Shown piece after piece: positions 40,301 to 50,400 of a stretch of 64,000 nt of DNA; within the stretch, counting starts at the first letter, position 1, and every line of letters starts with the position of its first letter. The stretch covers positions 32,001 to 96,000 of IMG/VR virus record IMGVR_UViG_3300002307_002134; one strand, 5' to 3'. The DNA is from a virus. The notes under the pieces are model-generated. The model did no database searches and had not been told where the DNA came from. It worked only from the letters and a program-made list of their open reading frames with translations. A program made the translations under genes and the position numbers.

Positions 40301-40845
40301 AGTATTTCAGTATCAAAACTTTTGCAACTACCGCCTAACCAACCAATACGAATTCTATCTGAAGGTTCTGGGTTTGAAATAAATTGAGCTTCAGTAGGGT
40401 CAATAGCGTTAGGTAAAACGTATACATTTTTGTTAAATTTTTGAATTTCTTTAGCAAAAACGCTAGTAGTTGTAGTAATATTTTGTGCAACTTTTAAGTT
40501 GTTTAATATTTTAACATCTAATCCAGCATTTTTGATAAGAAGATAAGCTGGATGGTGGGGACCTGGTGCCCAATAATCATCTAAATCCATAATACTAACA
40601 ATTCCCATGTCTTCAAGCCTTTTATTTAAAGCTTGCATTTTTTCAAATGGACCAAGTGTTCTATGGTAGTGAATAATATCGTATTGTTTCAACCATTCGT
40701 CATTATCCAATTGTGGTTCATAATCAATATCAACATTGAATTCATCTGGATAATTATTTTCTAAGGCTAAGTGTGGGTTTATAGAACGAAAATAACTAAC
40801 CCCAGTACGGTCTGATGGAACCACCAATACTTTTAATTTTTTCAT
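37384..40845 (-). CDS. GT-B/GT4-like glycosyltransferase interrupted by two inteins (spliced length 413 aa)
   Basis: Joining the exteins restores IGWLGGS|SHLKDL and FNHCK|SQLKVIEAG. Confidence 0.88.
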   Translation of the reverse strand: MKKLKVLVVPSDRTGVSYFRSINPHLALENNYPDEFNVDIDYEPQLDNDEWLKQYDIIHYHRTLGPFEKMQALNKRLEDMGIVSIMDLDDYWAPGPHHPAYLLIKNAGLDVKILNNLKVAQNITTTTSVFAKEIQKFNKNVYVLPNAIDPTEAQFISNPEPSDRIRIGWLGGSCKSFDTEILTENGWVFFPDLTEGVKVATLNPNTNEIEYHLPKRYIKEKFTGDMYVCDTDYINFKATGNHNMYVSEVKNLGHKKLDFKLTHAEDMWGKDYHYKKDGINTNKDVEFFTLPSIQQTPFDKNDYSEKKILMDDWLKFLGFWLADGWTTNSKGCHQVGVCQFKNNNFLVEISNVLKKYGFKSDINKKGDRIVLHNRQLWSYLKQFGGASEKFIPRELLNKLSEKQLGVLLEWFLNGDGSKEQYGEYVRKRAYTVSKQLSDDLMELAFKMGNAASIKNRGLRTPKISLKENGKERLINPNFESYQIGFYEKNSKHNKLTPLVRKEDLHKEFYDDYVYCVEVENHIIHVRRNGKAMWTGNSHLKDLEILKGVVNRLESDGLLNKIQFVLCGFDLRGTHTEIDKNTGEQRVRNILPMESVWYQYEKIFTNDYKTVSPEYKDFLLKFTNAEFAGVANEPYRRVWTKHISTYATNYNLFDISLAPLSENTFNHCKCIVGDSLISTNNGFKHIEDIVNKKTPLKTEINGVTNEVCNYFKYEDVETIKITTEDGYFLEGTPHHKILVKDKWVELKDLSVGDTVELSKPEFLQTEYQEITYPMLLTKNITEEKIANSDENMLPRIRINENWGRLLGYLLGDGNYNGKSGISISCDKRHQEVVDDVTGLLKSIGLNPLLYNKKPDKRCINYLAKEGNALDIKSTCINFLSISKKYGWCGIKGKTFRVPKVILESPKSVVAEFLKGLFEADGTVGENTGVSLTSKDLTLIRQVQTLLLGFDIKTKIKYSFNKNYNKYYYNLNLYRLGSEIFQKEIGFVSKHKKELLGILCSHEHSNNEKKINMVTKISTIEKSINSVYDIEVENVHSYNANGIINHNSQLKVIEAGFHHKAIIAQDFGPYQIDLTNAIQFGGSFDTSANSILVETKKNHKDWYTAIKKLINNPEMIKVLQDNLYNTVKDKYSVTKVTEERRNLYLSLVKANKPAM
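37711..38841 (-). mobile_element. Intein 2 (377 aa) with LAGLIDADG endonuclease
   Basis: Runs CIVGDSLI...TPHH...INHN|S; contains LGYLLGDG and FLKGLFEADG. Confidence 0.92.
39238..40326 (-). mobile_element. Intein 1 (363 aa) with LAGLIDADG endonuclease
   Basis: Runs CKSFDTEILT...WTGN|S; contains LGFWLADG and FLNGDG. Confidence 0.9.
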
Positions 40846-40907
40846 GTGTTTGTTTTAAAACTTTATTATAATACACCAATATACTATTTTTAAAAACATT
40901 AGTAAAT

Positions 40908-40936
40908 AAAAAAGGGGCAAAAGCCCCTATTTTTTT
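40908..40936 (-). terminator. Rho-independent terminator
   Basis: GGGGC-TTTT-GCCCC followed by a T run on the minus strand. Confidence 0.75.
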
Positions 40937-40958
40937 ATTATTTTTATATTTTTATTAA

Positions 40959-41543
40959 TTATTTATTTTTAACTGCCAATTTTCCTTCGTTTATTAAAGT
41001 ACTAACTGTTTTTTTAATAGTTTGTTCTGTAATTGTTTTAGCAAACATATTAGCCAAAATAGCATTAACTCTATTATCAATCATTTCGTTTAATTCAGTT
41101 TTACTTATTGTAATCATATCTGAATTAATTGAACGCTGTGATTCACGAATTGGTTGTCTTGCTGCTGGTTTACCAATTGGTTTTTCAACAAGTTCTTCCA
41201 ACCCTTCAAGGCTAAATTTAGAAAAAGATATTGATGCTTTTGGGATTGGATTTTTAAGCATAGCTTCTTTTACGATAGGAGGAAGTTTAGAATTAATAAC
41301 ATCTTCAACTGTGTAATCTCTAACTTCTCGTGGGTTTGAGTCGTATTCAGACATGTCTGGCATATGATATACTGGTTCTCTTTCGTCTCTTTCGTCATAT
41401 ATGGGTCCAGATGAATAATCTTCATTAATACGTTTTATAGGCTTTTTTTCTGGGAATTTTTCATCCGTAACTTTCATTAATTTTTTGGCATTACCCAATA
41501 TGGTTTTTAACTTGTTAACGTCTACTGGTGTTGGTGTTTCCAT
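40959..41543 (-). CDS. Hypothetical protein with several I/L-x-E motifs
   Basis: INED, IRES, ITEQ and INEG sites; in a putative late operon. Confidence 0.6.
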   Translation of the reverse strand: METPTPVDVNKLKTILGNAKKLMKVTDEKFPEKKPIKRINEDYSSGPIYDERDEREPVYHMPDMSEYDSNPREVRDYTVEDVINSKLPPIVKEAMLKNPIPKASISFSKFSLEGLEELVEKPIGKPAARQPIRESQRSINSDMITISKTELNEMIDNRVNAILANMFAKTITEQTIKKTVSTLINEGKLAVKNK

Positions 41544-41544
41544 A

Positions 41545-41994
41545 TTATATATTTGTTGTTTTTATTGGTTGATTTATATTTGCTTTGTGCATTACCGTAC
41601 TCATACTTCTATCACCAGTAGCATTATATTTAGGTATGCTAGTGCTTAAATCTGACACAGGTTTTACCCATTTTACTTTTGTAGGGAACCATCCCTCGAT
41701 TCTGTCGAGTCTAAATATTTTCCAGAACCCATTTTTATTTCCTTTTTTAGACCCACCAAAAATTTGAAATGCTCTTATTGCATCGTTACCACTTTTGGTT
41801 TTGCTTAAATTATAAACTTGAATGTATCTTTTGCTAGGTGGTTGGTCTTCGTAATCTCTATATAATATATTAACATTGTATTTACCATCTATAGCAGATT
41901 TTACATCATCAAAAGAAACCACTTCCAATAAAAGATTTTTCTTTTTATTGATTTCTTCCAATATAATATCTTCAAATAGATTGTAAAGTTTCAT
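41545..41994 (-). CDS. WYL-like domain protein
   Basis: VNILY...RYIQVY...IRAFQ...WKIFRLDRI pattern. Confidence 0.6.
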   Translation of the reverse strand: MKLYNLFEDIILEEINKKKNLLLEVVSFDDVKSAIDGKYNVNILYRDYEDQPPSKRYIQVYNLSKTKSGNDAIRAFQIFGGSKKGNKNGFWKIFRLDRIEGWFPTKVKWVKPVSDLSTSIPKYNATGDRSMSTVMHKANINQPIKTTNI

Positions 41995-42001
41995 AAAAAA
42001 A

Positions 42002-42382
42002 TTATATTATTACTTGACCAACATTTAATGAAGTATTTGGATGTTGATATGGTGTCATATTCAAACCAACTGGCCCATATCCCCATAAAGAATTATTCAA
42101 ACTAATTTCTGGGTTTCTACCAGAACCAGCGTAAATTGAACTACCGTTGATGTCATAGTCACCACCTACACCACCGTAGTTATCAATATCCAAGAAACCA
42201 CCAGACCCTTTACCATAAACTGGTGTTATAGAATCCGACAAAGCTCTTGTATGAGTAGCAGTGTATTCATTTGCTGGTGCATAATTATTGTAAGTGTTAA
42301 TTGGTATTAACGTTGCTCTAGCAGCAATTGCGGCTGCTTCCATTGGTGATTGACCACCATTATAAGGAGTTCCTATTGGCAT
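42002..42382 (-). CDS. Hypothetical Gly/Asn/Tyr-rich protein, probably virion
   Basis: Composition and operon context. Confidence 0.55.
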   Translation of the reverse strand: MPIGTPYNGGQSPMEAAAIAARATLIPINTYNNYAPANEYTATHTRALSDSITPVYGKGSGGFLDIDNYGGVGGDYDINGSSIYAGSGRNPEISLNNSLWGYGPVGLNMTPYQHPNTSLNVGQVII

Positions 42383-42385
42383 AGC

Positions 42386-42835
42386 TTAAATTTTTGTTTT
42401 TTTATCGTTATTCATATATTCTATTAAATATCTTATTTCAGATATTTCTTGCTGAATATTTTCATTATAAACTTCTTTGTTAGACGTTATCTTTCTATTT
42501 ACACTACCTTTGTTCATTTTGGGTACACCGCCAACAGCTGTTGGGTTGGCATTCTCTTTGTCTTTTGAATGGTTTTTGATGAATTGATTTTCACGACCAG
42601 CATTCATACTTGTTTTCTTTTGTAAATAATTGGCGTTTTTAGCTGTTTTAACCAAATTTTCTACTTCTTTAAATTTTTTTTCACCACCCAAACGATTATA
42701 TTCTCCACAGTTTTTTGTGGTTTCACATAATTCTTTTGCTTTTTTAAGTCTAGATAATTCCATAGCAAAAGCTTGGTGATTTTTAGCTTCACCATCCTTG
42801 GTTACATGTATATAATTGCTTATTTGAGAATTCAT
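42386..42835 (-). CDS. Hypothetical protein
   Basis: ORF in the operon. Confidence 0.6.
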   Translation of the reverse strand: MNSQISNYIHVTKDGEAKNHQAFAMELSRLKKAKELCETTKNCGEYNRLGGEKKFKEVENLVKTAKNANYLQKKTSMNAGRENQFIKNHSKDKENANPTAVGGVPKMNKGSVNRKITSNKEVYNENIQQEISEIRYLIEYMNNDKKTKI

Positions 42836-42837
42836 TT

Positions 42838-43302
42838 TTAAAGGTTTTTGGTTTTTTGTTTATTCTGAATTGCTTTTTTAAGTTCTTCTAATTGTTTTTC
42901 AGTTAGTTCTGCATCGTTTATAGTATCAATTAATTTAGCAACTTTAGGGTTGTAATCTTTTTCAGTAACATCAGATACTTTGCTTTTTTTCACCAAATCT
43001 TCAATTTTTTCTTCAACAGATTTTTTTGTAACAGTAACACTTTCAAAGGTTTTTATACCACCAGCGGCACGTGTACCACCATAGCTATAAACAGCAAACC
43101 ATGGAATATTTTGTATATAACGACCAAATACTCTATCACCAGTTGTTGCAATACCTTTTTCATAATCAGAATTGTCATCATATGGTTTTTGAACAGGACC
43201 AGTTTCTATTTCGCTATCACTATTGAACGGTTTATCGCCACCAGTTGAATACATGTCGCCACCAACCAATTCCGTTAAATCACTCTTTTTTATAGTTTTC
43301 AT
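42838..43302 (-). CDS. Hypothetical protein (likely start 43302, MKTIKK)
   Basis: The ATATTTAT motif at 43318-43325 precedes this ATG. Confidence 0.6.
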   Translation of the reverse strand: MKTIKKSDLTELVGGDMYSTGGDKPFNSDSEIETGPVQKPYDDNSDYEKGIATTGDRVFGRYIQNIPWFAVYSYGGTRAAGGIKTFESVTVTKKSVEEKIEDLVKKSKVSDVTEKDYNPKVAKLIDTINDAELTEKQLEELKKAIQNKQKTKNL

Positions 43303-43309
43303 AATTTGT

Positions 43310-43355
43310 GTTTTATTATAAATATATTCAAAAGCTAGAATATTTATAATAAAAC
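43310..43355. promoter_or_regulatory. Divergent pair of putative late promoters forming a perfect 16-bp inverted repeat
   Basis: GTTTTATTATAAATAT-N14-ATATTTATAATAAAAC between divergent genes. Confidence 0.7.
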
Positions 43356-43364
43356 TGACAAAAT

Positions 43365-45056
43365 ATGCCATTTATAACAAAATTAGACTTTTCAAATAAT
43401 AGACAAGTTAAACAATACATAGAAACGAACACCTCATTATCTGGAGGCACCACTTTTGGTCTTCCTTTTGGTTATTTACCAACTGGGGCAAGTCCAACAA
43501 CATCAGCTGTTACCATATCTTATTCTGGACTTGTAAGTACTTTTTCTGGAAATTCTGGTACTACAGTTTATACTTGGTACGACAATAATATGAATTTGGG
43601 TCTTTCAAATCTATCAGCTTTGACACCATCAAATAGTGCTGTAACACAAAATAGTGGTATTGTTTTTACTTCTGCAACATCAACAACAACAGTTGATGGC
43701 AATTTAGTTAATTTAACATATACTGGGGTTAGTTTTGACATTACACCAACTTATTTTTATAATTTAGGTAGTGGAAATTATAGTGGTACTGTTCATACAA
43801 ATGTATATAATATATTAAGTGCTGGTACATTGGACTATACTGGTAGGACAATTTGGGCTGATGTTTCTGGAATTACTAGAACTCAAGAACTTATTGTTAC
43901 TAAAAATCCAAATATTGGTTACGTTTTAACTTGTATTGATACGGAAGGTAGATTAGCATTTACACCTGTTTCTGGTGCAACTTCTGGTTATTGGTCAGCT
44001 GGAACAAATACATATTCAATTGCAATGAACAATAGTGCTTCATTATCTAGCGGTATTAATTCAATTACTGAAGGTTATCATACAACAGCTAGTGGTAATT
44101 ATTCACATGCTGAAGGTAGCGGTACAACAGCTAGTGGACCATATAGTCATGCTGAAGGTGCTAAAACAACAGCTAGTGGTGAAGGTTTTAATCATGCTGA
44201 AGGTTATCGTACAACGGCTAGCGGTAATGCTAGTCACGCTGGTGGTAATAATACATTAGCTAGTGGTAGAAATAGTTTTGTTCACGGTTACAATTCACAA
44301 GCAATAGGTGACAACACAAATGTTTTGGGTCAAAATATAACTGGTACAACATCAAATTACACATATGTTGAAAGCCTTAATGTAAAAACAGTAGGTTCTA
44401 GTGCTGCTGTTAATGATATTAGAATTGACGCAAACGGAAATCTTACCACGAATACTTCTGATGTAAGAATGAAAGAAAATATAAATCCTTTGATTGGTTC
44501 TTTGGATAAAATTAAAAAATTAAACGGTGTTTCTTATCAATGGAAAGATAGAAATGCTGGTGGTAATGATTTTAGACTTGGTTTTATTGCTCAAGAAGTT
44601 GAAAAAGTTGACCCTATTTTGGTTTTTACCAATAAAATTGATGATATTAAAGGTATTCATATTGATTTTATCATACCTATGTTGGTTGAGGCTGTAAAAG
44701 AATTATCTTCTGGTTTTACAAACAATGGTAATGTATATCTTGAAACTCAAAGTATATTTGCTGAAGATAACAATATCGATTTAAATTACAGTGGAACACA
44801 ACAAACAGCAATAGGTGGTGGTATTAGAGTTCTTCACGCATTAGGTGAACATATTTCAGCTGAATTATTAACTGATTCAAATGGTAATTGGGTGACAAAT
44901 AATGATTTTAAACCCAACTCATTTACAATCCCAGTTTACACACCAAGTTCTTCTTCAGATACCTTTGGTGATGAAGGAAATTTAACTAAAGACAATAACT
45001 ATTTATATGTGAAATGTAATAATAAATGGAAACGAGTTAAATTGGAGGATTTTTAA
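43365..45056 (+). CDS. Tail fibre/spike with YadA-head-like repeats and an internal peptidase S74 chaperone domain
   Basis: (ASGxYSHAEGxxTT)n repeats; TSDVRMKENI...GFIAQEVE...LVEAVKEL. Confidence 0.8.
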   Translation: MPFITKLDFSNNRQVKQYIETNTSLSGGTTFGLPFGYLPTGASPTTSAVTISYSGLVSTFSGNSGTTVYTWYDNNMNLGLSNLSALTPSNSAVTQNSGIVFTSATSTTTVDGNLVNLTYTGVSFDITPTYFYNLGSGNYSGTVHTNVYNILSAGTLDYTGRTIWADVSGITRTQELIVTKNPNIGYVLTCIDTEGRLAFTPVSGATSGYWSAGTNTYSIAMNNSASLSSGINSITEGYHTTASGNYSHAEGSGTTASGPYSHAEGAKTTASGEGFNHAEGYRTTASGNASHAGGNNTLASGRNSFVHGYNSQAIGDNTNVLGQNITGTTSNYTYVESLNVKTVGSSAAVNDIRIDANGNLTTNTSDVRMKENINPLIGSLDKIKKLNGVSYQWKDRNAGGNDFRLGFIAQEVEKVDPILVFTNKIDDIKGIHIDFIIPMLVEAVKELSSGFTNNGNVYLETQSIFAEDNNIDLNYSGTQQTAIGGGIRVLHALGEHISAELLTDSNGNWVTNNDFKPNSFTIPVYTPSSSSDTFGDEGNLTKDNNYLYVKCNNKWKRVKLEDF

Positions 45057-45070
45057 AGCAATAAATTATA

Positions 45071-47032
45071 ATGGGAAACATACGAAACTTTAATTTTAAT
45101 AAACTAGACCTTAAATTGTCAAATAGTGACTATTGGGACTTCTATTTGGCTGCTGATGACAGTGCTTTGGAATCAAGCACAGGATTGCCAGTTGGTGATT
45201 GTTTTGTTGTATGGTATGATTTTAATAATCCAAGTATTTTTCCTAATAGTGCTACAACAGCTTCTACAATTTACAGTCTTGTTTCATGGAATGGTGCGAC
45301 CAATACTGGTTATACATTTAGCACAATAGGTCTTACTGGTATTGATAATGGTTTGGTGACTTTTGAAAAAGACCCATCAGACCCTACAAATTTAGCACTT
45401 TTATCAGCTTTAACAGGGTCTACACTTGTAATTCCATCTGGTGATACTAGACTTGTTATGAACAAGGTTACTGGAACCACTGGAACTTATGTTTATCCTG
45501 TTGACCAAATCATTGACCCAACAGGTACTTTCGGTGATTACAACCAATTTTGCGGTGGTTTTTATCAAGGTTATTACAAATTGGATGGGGCAACATATGA
45601 AGTTCTTCCAACTAGAGTAGAACATGGATGGGCCGCTGAATTCTGGTTGAATCCTCAAGATACATGTGATGCAAGACATGGATATTTAAATGGTTTAGGT
45701 ACAATACTTAATGATTCTTACCCAAATAACAAAGGATTCTTTTTCTACATGGGTACACGTGCGGAAAACAAGTTTTGGAATCAATTTGCTGGTGCCGACA
45801 CTGGTTGTACAAGTTCATGTACAGCTACTACAACAGCTTGTACTGGAACTGTAAGCACTTTTTGTACTACCGTTAAAGAAAAAGACATCACAATCGTAGG
45901 TGATTACGGTTTTGGTATCCCATTAAACCCACCTCAAGTAGAAATAGAACTTATTACCAATCAATTTTTGATATATGGTCAAGCTTATGATGCTAGGGCT
46001 GCTAAATTAACTGGTGATGTTGGTACAATAATTACTTCAGCTATTACCAATACATCAAATCACCCTAACGATTGTAATTGCGGTTGTGGTGGTGGTAATC
46101 CATATGGTTATTTAGTTGACGGTGGTTCCGCATGTAATTTATCAAGTTCTGATGGGTTAGGTACTCAAACAGTTTGCACTTATGATAAAAATGGAATTGC
46201 TGTGGCAAAAACCAAAGAGGTTTTGAACGACTTTCAAAACCCATTTTTGATATATGGTCGAGGTATTTCAGCAACAGGTTGTACTTGTGGTAGTTGTTGT
46301 GGTCCAAATGATAATTTGGGAAATCAAACTGTTTGTTCTTATAGTGGCAGAACTACTTCACAAACAGAAATTGATTACAATTTAGATATTATAGATAACG
46401 CTTTGGGTTTCAGAATAAAAGATGATGGGAGTATCGGTTATAGATTATTGACAGTTACTGGTACTTGTTATACGGCAAGTACTGGTCAAAGACTTTATAA
46501 AAGTGGTGTTACTGTACATGAAGAATATTCAGCTCCTAATATGGTTAATCCAAACGAATGGTCATATATTGTAATTAGATATGTAACAGAATATAAAAAC
46601 AAATGTGATTTAAAAATTACAAAACGTAGAAAAGGTAAGTTGATGTTTTATGTCAACGCTAGGCTTAAATTTGTTGTAGATGAATTTCCAGAATTCTTAG
46701 CAAAAAGGCTTGATGAATACAAAAGTAAACAAGTTACAGTACCCTTTAATTTTAGTTTAGGCGGTGGTAGCCAAGGTCTTATTGAAAGTCAAACCTTTGA
46801 TGGTTTAGACATGGATGACAGAGGTTTGCCAATAGAAACTAACTTTGCTGGTAGTTTTATTGGTGGGATTTCACAATTTAAATTCAACATATGCGATTTG
46901 GATTACGCTAATATTCAACATAATTATCTTATGGACGCTGCAAGGTATGGTATACAAGACACCAATTTAATTTTAACAGAAGATATTTATCTTTTACTAC
47001 AAGAAACTGGCTATGGCATGATTTGGAGGTGA
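45071..47032 (+). CDS. Cys-rich virion protein with a LamG/ConA-like C-terminal domain
   Basis: WSYIV...LMFYVN...FIGGISQFKF pattern; CNCGC and CTCGSCC clusters. Confidence 0.6.
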   Translation: MGNIRNFNFNKLDLKLSNSDYWDFYLAADDSALESSTGLPVGDCFVVWYDFNNPSIFPNSATTASTIYSLVSWNGATNTGYTFSTIGLTGIDNGLVTFEKDPSDPTNLALLSALTGSTLVIPSGDTRLVMNKVTGTTGTYVYPVDQIIDPTGTFGDYNQFCGGFYQGYYKLDGATYEVLPTRVEHGWAAEFWLNPQDTCDARHGYLNGLGTILNDSYPNNKGFFFYMGTRAENKFWNQFAGADTGCTSSCTATTTACTGTVSTFCTTVKEKDITIVGDYGFGIPLNPPQVEIELITNQFLIYGQAYDARAAKLTGDVGTIITSAITNTSNHPNDCNCGCGGGNPYGYLVDGGSACNLSSSDGLGTQTVCTYDKNGIAVAKTKEVLNDFQNPFLIYGRGISATGCTCGSCCGPNDNLGNQTVCSYSGRTTSQTEIDYNLDIIDNALGFRIKDDGSIGYRLLTVTGTCYTASTGQRLYKSGVTVHEEYSAPNMVNPNEWSYIVIRYVTEYKNKCDLKITKRRKGKLMFYVNARLKFVVDEFPEFLAKRLDEYKSKQVTVPFNFSLGGGSQGLIESQTFDGLDMDDRGLPIETNFAGSFIGGISQFKFNICDLDYANIQHNYLMDAARYGIQDTNLILTEDIYLLLQETGYGMIWR

Positions 47033-47103
47033 TAATTAAAAATAAAGTTAACTTCATCTTCTTTTATTTCTAACCTTGATATTTATATTTAAAATAATAA
47101 AAA

Positions 47104-47388
47104 ATGCCTAATAAGAAGATAAGCCAGTTAAATTACAATACCAATCCTACACCTGAGGATTTGATACCCATTGTAAATAGCGGTGAAACTAAGCAAATTT
47201 CTGTAAATGATTTAGGCGGTTTAATTAATTCTTATGACCTTGCCGATTTAGGGTTTATTATTAGGCCTAAACCTATTAATAAAGATGTTTTATTACTAGA
47301 AAACACCGATGTTTTATATTTTGGACCATTGAATATGGGTTCTGGTGTTTTAACAGTGCCAACAACAACAACTTTAACAATAATATAA
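47104..47388 (+). CDS. Small fibre-associated protein
   Basis: MPNKKISQL...DLIPIV...TKQI N-terminus typical of phage fibre proteins. Confidence 0.6.
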   Translation: MPNKKISQLNYNTNPTPEDLIPIVNSGETKQISVNDLGGLINSYDLADLGFIIRPKPINKDVLLLENTDVLYFGPLNMGSGVLTVPTTTTLTII

Positions 47389-47404
47389 ACAAAAAACAAC
47401 GGAA

Positions 47405-50400
47405 ATGAGTACAATTTTAGTTAATAATATAACACCTTACAGTGGTGGAACAATAAACTTAAATGGTGTAACTGTAAATAATGGTGTTTTATCAGCAACA
47501 ACATATGTTAATATTCCAAGTAGTTTTTTTACTGGCGGTACAGTTGATGGGAATACTAATTTTACAAGTAGTATAACTGCAAACACTATATCAACAAATA
47601 GTTTAAGTGGCACAACAATTTACGGTGATGGTTATAATATTACTAACTTGAATGTTGATTTTTTACCTACAATTACCAAATCAGAATTAGATACATTTAT
47701 TTCAACTAGCGGTTTGACCAAAGGACAACATTATAAAATAACAGGTGTTAATCCAGAATTGTATGGTGGTACTGATATAATTTTACAAGCCGTTTCTACG
47801 AATGCTATTTCTAAAAATGGCCATGGTTTGTTTTACAATCCAAAATATAATGAATACGATATTTGGTCACCAATTTCTTTGATTGAATTTGAATCTCAAA
47901 TTGGTAATTTTTCAACAGATGAATATATTATTGGTGATTCTGGCCAAATAGGTAAAATGATTGGTTTGCCTGGAGAAATAAGAATTTCTTTTATTGCCAT
48001 TCAAGGTGAATTTAGCGGTGGAACAACTTTTACTGGTGTTAATTCAAGTGCTTATGCTACTGTAGTTAATTTAACCAGTGCTAATTATAATATTGGAGAC
48101 AGAGTGATTTGGGGTGGAAAATTATGGGCTAATGTAAGTGGTACATCTGTTAATGTTGTTAATCAAGTAATAGCGACTGGTACCAGCGGATATTGGCAAT
48201 ATTTTTATTTTGGTTCTGGTGTTGAATACAGCAATTTTACAATTACCAACGGTGTTGAAACATTTGCAAGCAATGGAAATACTGGTTGTTGGAATTTGAC
48301 TGGTGACCATGGCGGTTACGGATGTTTATTTGATACAGGTTACGGTTATGTTCATTTTAACGCTGGACCAGTTGATGGGATACCATTGACTGGTTCTTAT
48401 ACAACCAATGTTGTGTCAAATATAAATACTGGTGATTATACGCCATGGGCTTTGGGTTCTAGTTGGGAATTGGTGCCTTACAATGAAACTGATTATATTC
48501 CAACATGGGATATTATAGAATACGAATATGAACATAATAACATTTCTTTAAGAAAAGATGTTTATAATGAAGTAATTTCTGAATGGGATATTACCGTTAA
48601 TGGTTGGGGCTATAATTCTATTAAATCAATGCAATGGGGTGGTAATGTGTTTATATTAACAGCCAACAACGCATATTTGTATAATTTGGTTAATTTTAAT
48701 GGAGAAAATATTTACAATGTTAATTTAGATAAAAATAGTGGTTTTGATTCTTACCAATATTGGGGTTTTAGCACTGATATATCCACTATAAATATTGGTA
48801 TTTATGGTTATTTATATTTTAATTCAATTGGTAACTACAATCGCATAAACAACATAAACATAGGTGCTAAATCTTATATTGAAAACATAACATTATCAAA
48901 CAATGATTATGATAATATCTATTTTAATGGCATAAACTTAGGTAATTCTGGTGATAATTCTCAAGTTTATATACAAGATGTTAATTTGAGTTCTGGTTCT
49001 TATTTTTATGGTCTTGAGTTGGGTAATTCTAACGTAAACGATACATATATTCAAAATATTAACTTATATAACGGTTCTGGTATTTTTAATATAAAACTTG
49101 ACCAAGGAAGTTACATGTATGGTATTCATTGTTACAATTATGGTCGTTTACGAGATATACAAATTGGACAAGGTGCTTACATTGAATATATTGATGTTTA
49201 TAATGGTGGTGACATGTTTTCTATCAAACTAGAAGGTGGTGCCAACTATGGTGGATGGTCTAAAGAATGTTATGTTTACGGCATAATAATAGGTCAAGAT
49301 AGCTATATGCACGATGTTGTTGTAGGATTGGGCTCATATATTGAAGACATAGATATGGGAGAATCATATTGTAGATTTAAACACATCACATTGGGGGAAT
49401 CATCTAAAATATACAATATCACTTATCATAGTAACAATGGTCAATTTAGGTATAATAAAATTGGTAACAATACAAAGATACATAATATTGACTTGTATAA
49501 TTGTTATTTTGATTATAACACTATTGGCGATAATTCTGAGATTCAGTATATGGGGTTGGGTAATAATGCACGTTTTGATTATAACGAAATTGGTAACAGT
49601 TGTAATTTTGGAAGTATAACTATTAGTAATAACGCAGAGTTAGGGTTTTTTAAAGTAGGTTTGGATTCTTTTATTGATTCAATTACATTAAAAGAAGGTG
49701 TTTATCTTGGTGATATAACTATAGGTGAATATCTTTCATTGACAAATGCAACTTTTGATACTGATGTTTATGGTAAAATTATTGATAGAAACAACAATGA
49801 CTTCCCAGCAACATATTATGTTGACGGCTCATCTAACATTTATCTAGCAGATATATATTATGCTGGTGTTATTACATTAAAAACACAAAAAGCAACTCTT
49901 ACTTATACAGGATACACTGGTACAGGTTTTACCATTTATGATTTAATAATAGATGCTACAACAAACGCACAAGGCAATATTGCAAACAATGACATTTATG
50001 TTGGTACGGTAACTAGTGAAGTAATTGCTACTGCCGATGGGAATACAAGGGTATTTCCATTTACTTTAGCCAACCAAAGAATTGTAGCTTCGACTGTAAC
50101 TTTAACAGATACTGTAGAAACATTTACTGATAATGGTAATGGTATTTTATCTGGTAGTTATGGTGGTACTGGTACGACTAATTATCATACTGGTGTTGGA
50201 ACCGTTACTTTTAATAGCAATCCAGCTTATGGTCAAGCAATAACAGTTAATTATCAATATGCAACTGGTGGTACGTTAACTTTAAATATGAAATCACCTA
50301 AAACGTTATCTTTCAATAATGGTGATACAATAAACAATGGAAATGGTGGTTCTGCTATTGTTGCTGCGTACACAGCTACAACAACAGCAGCAACTATTTC

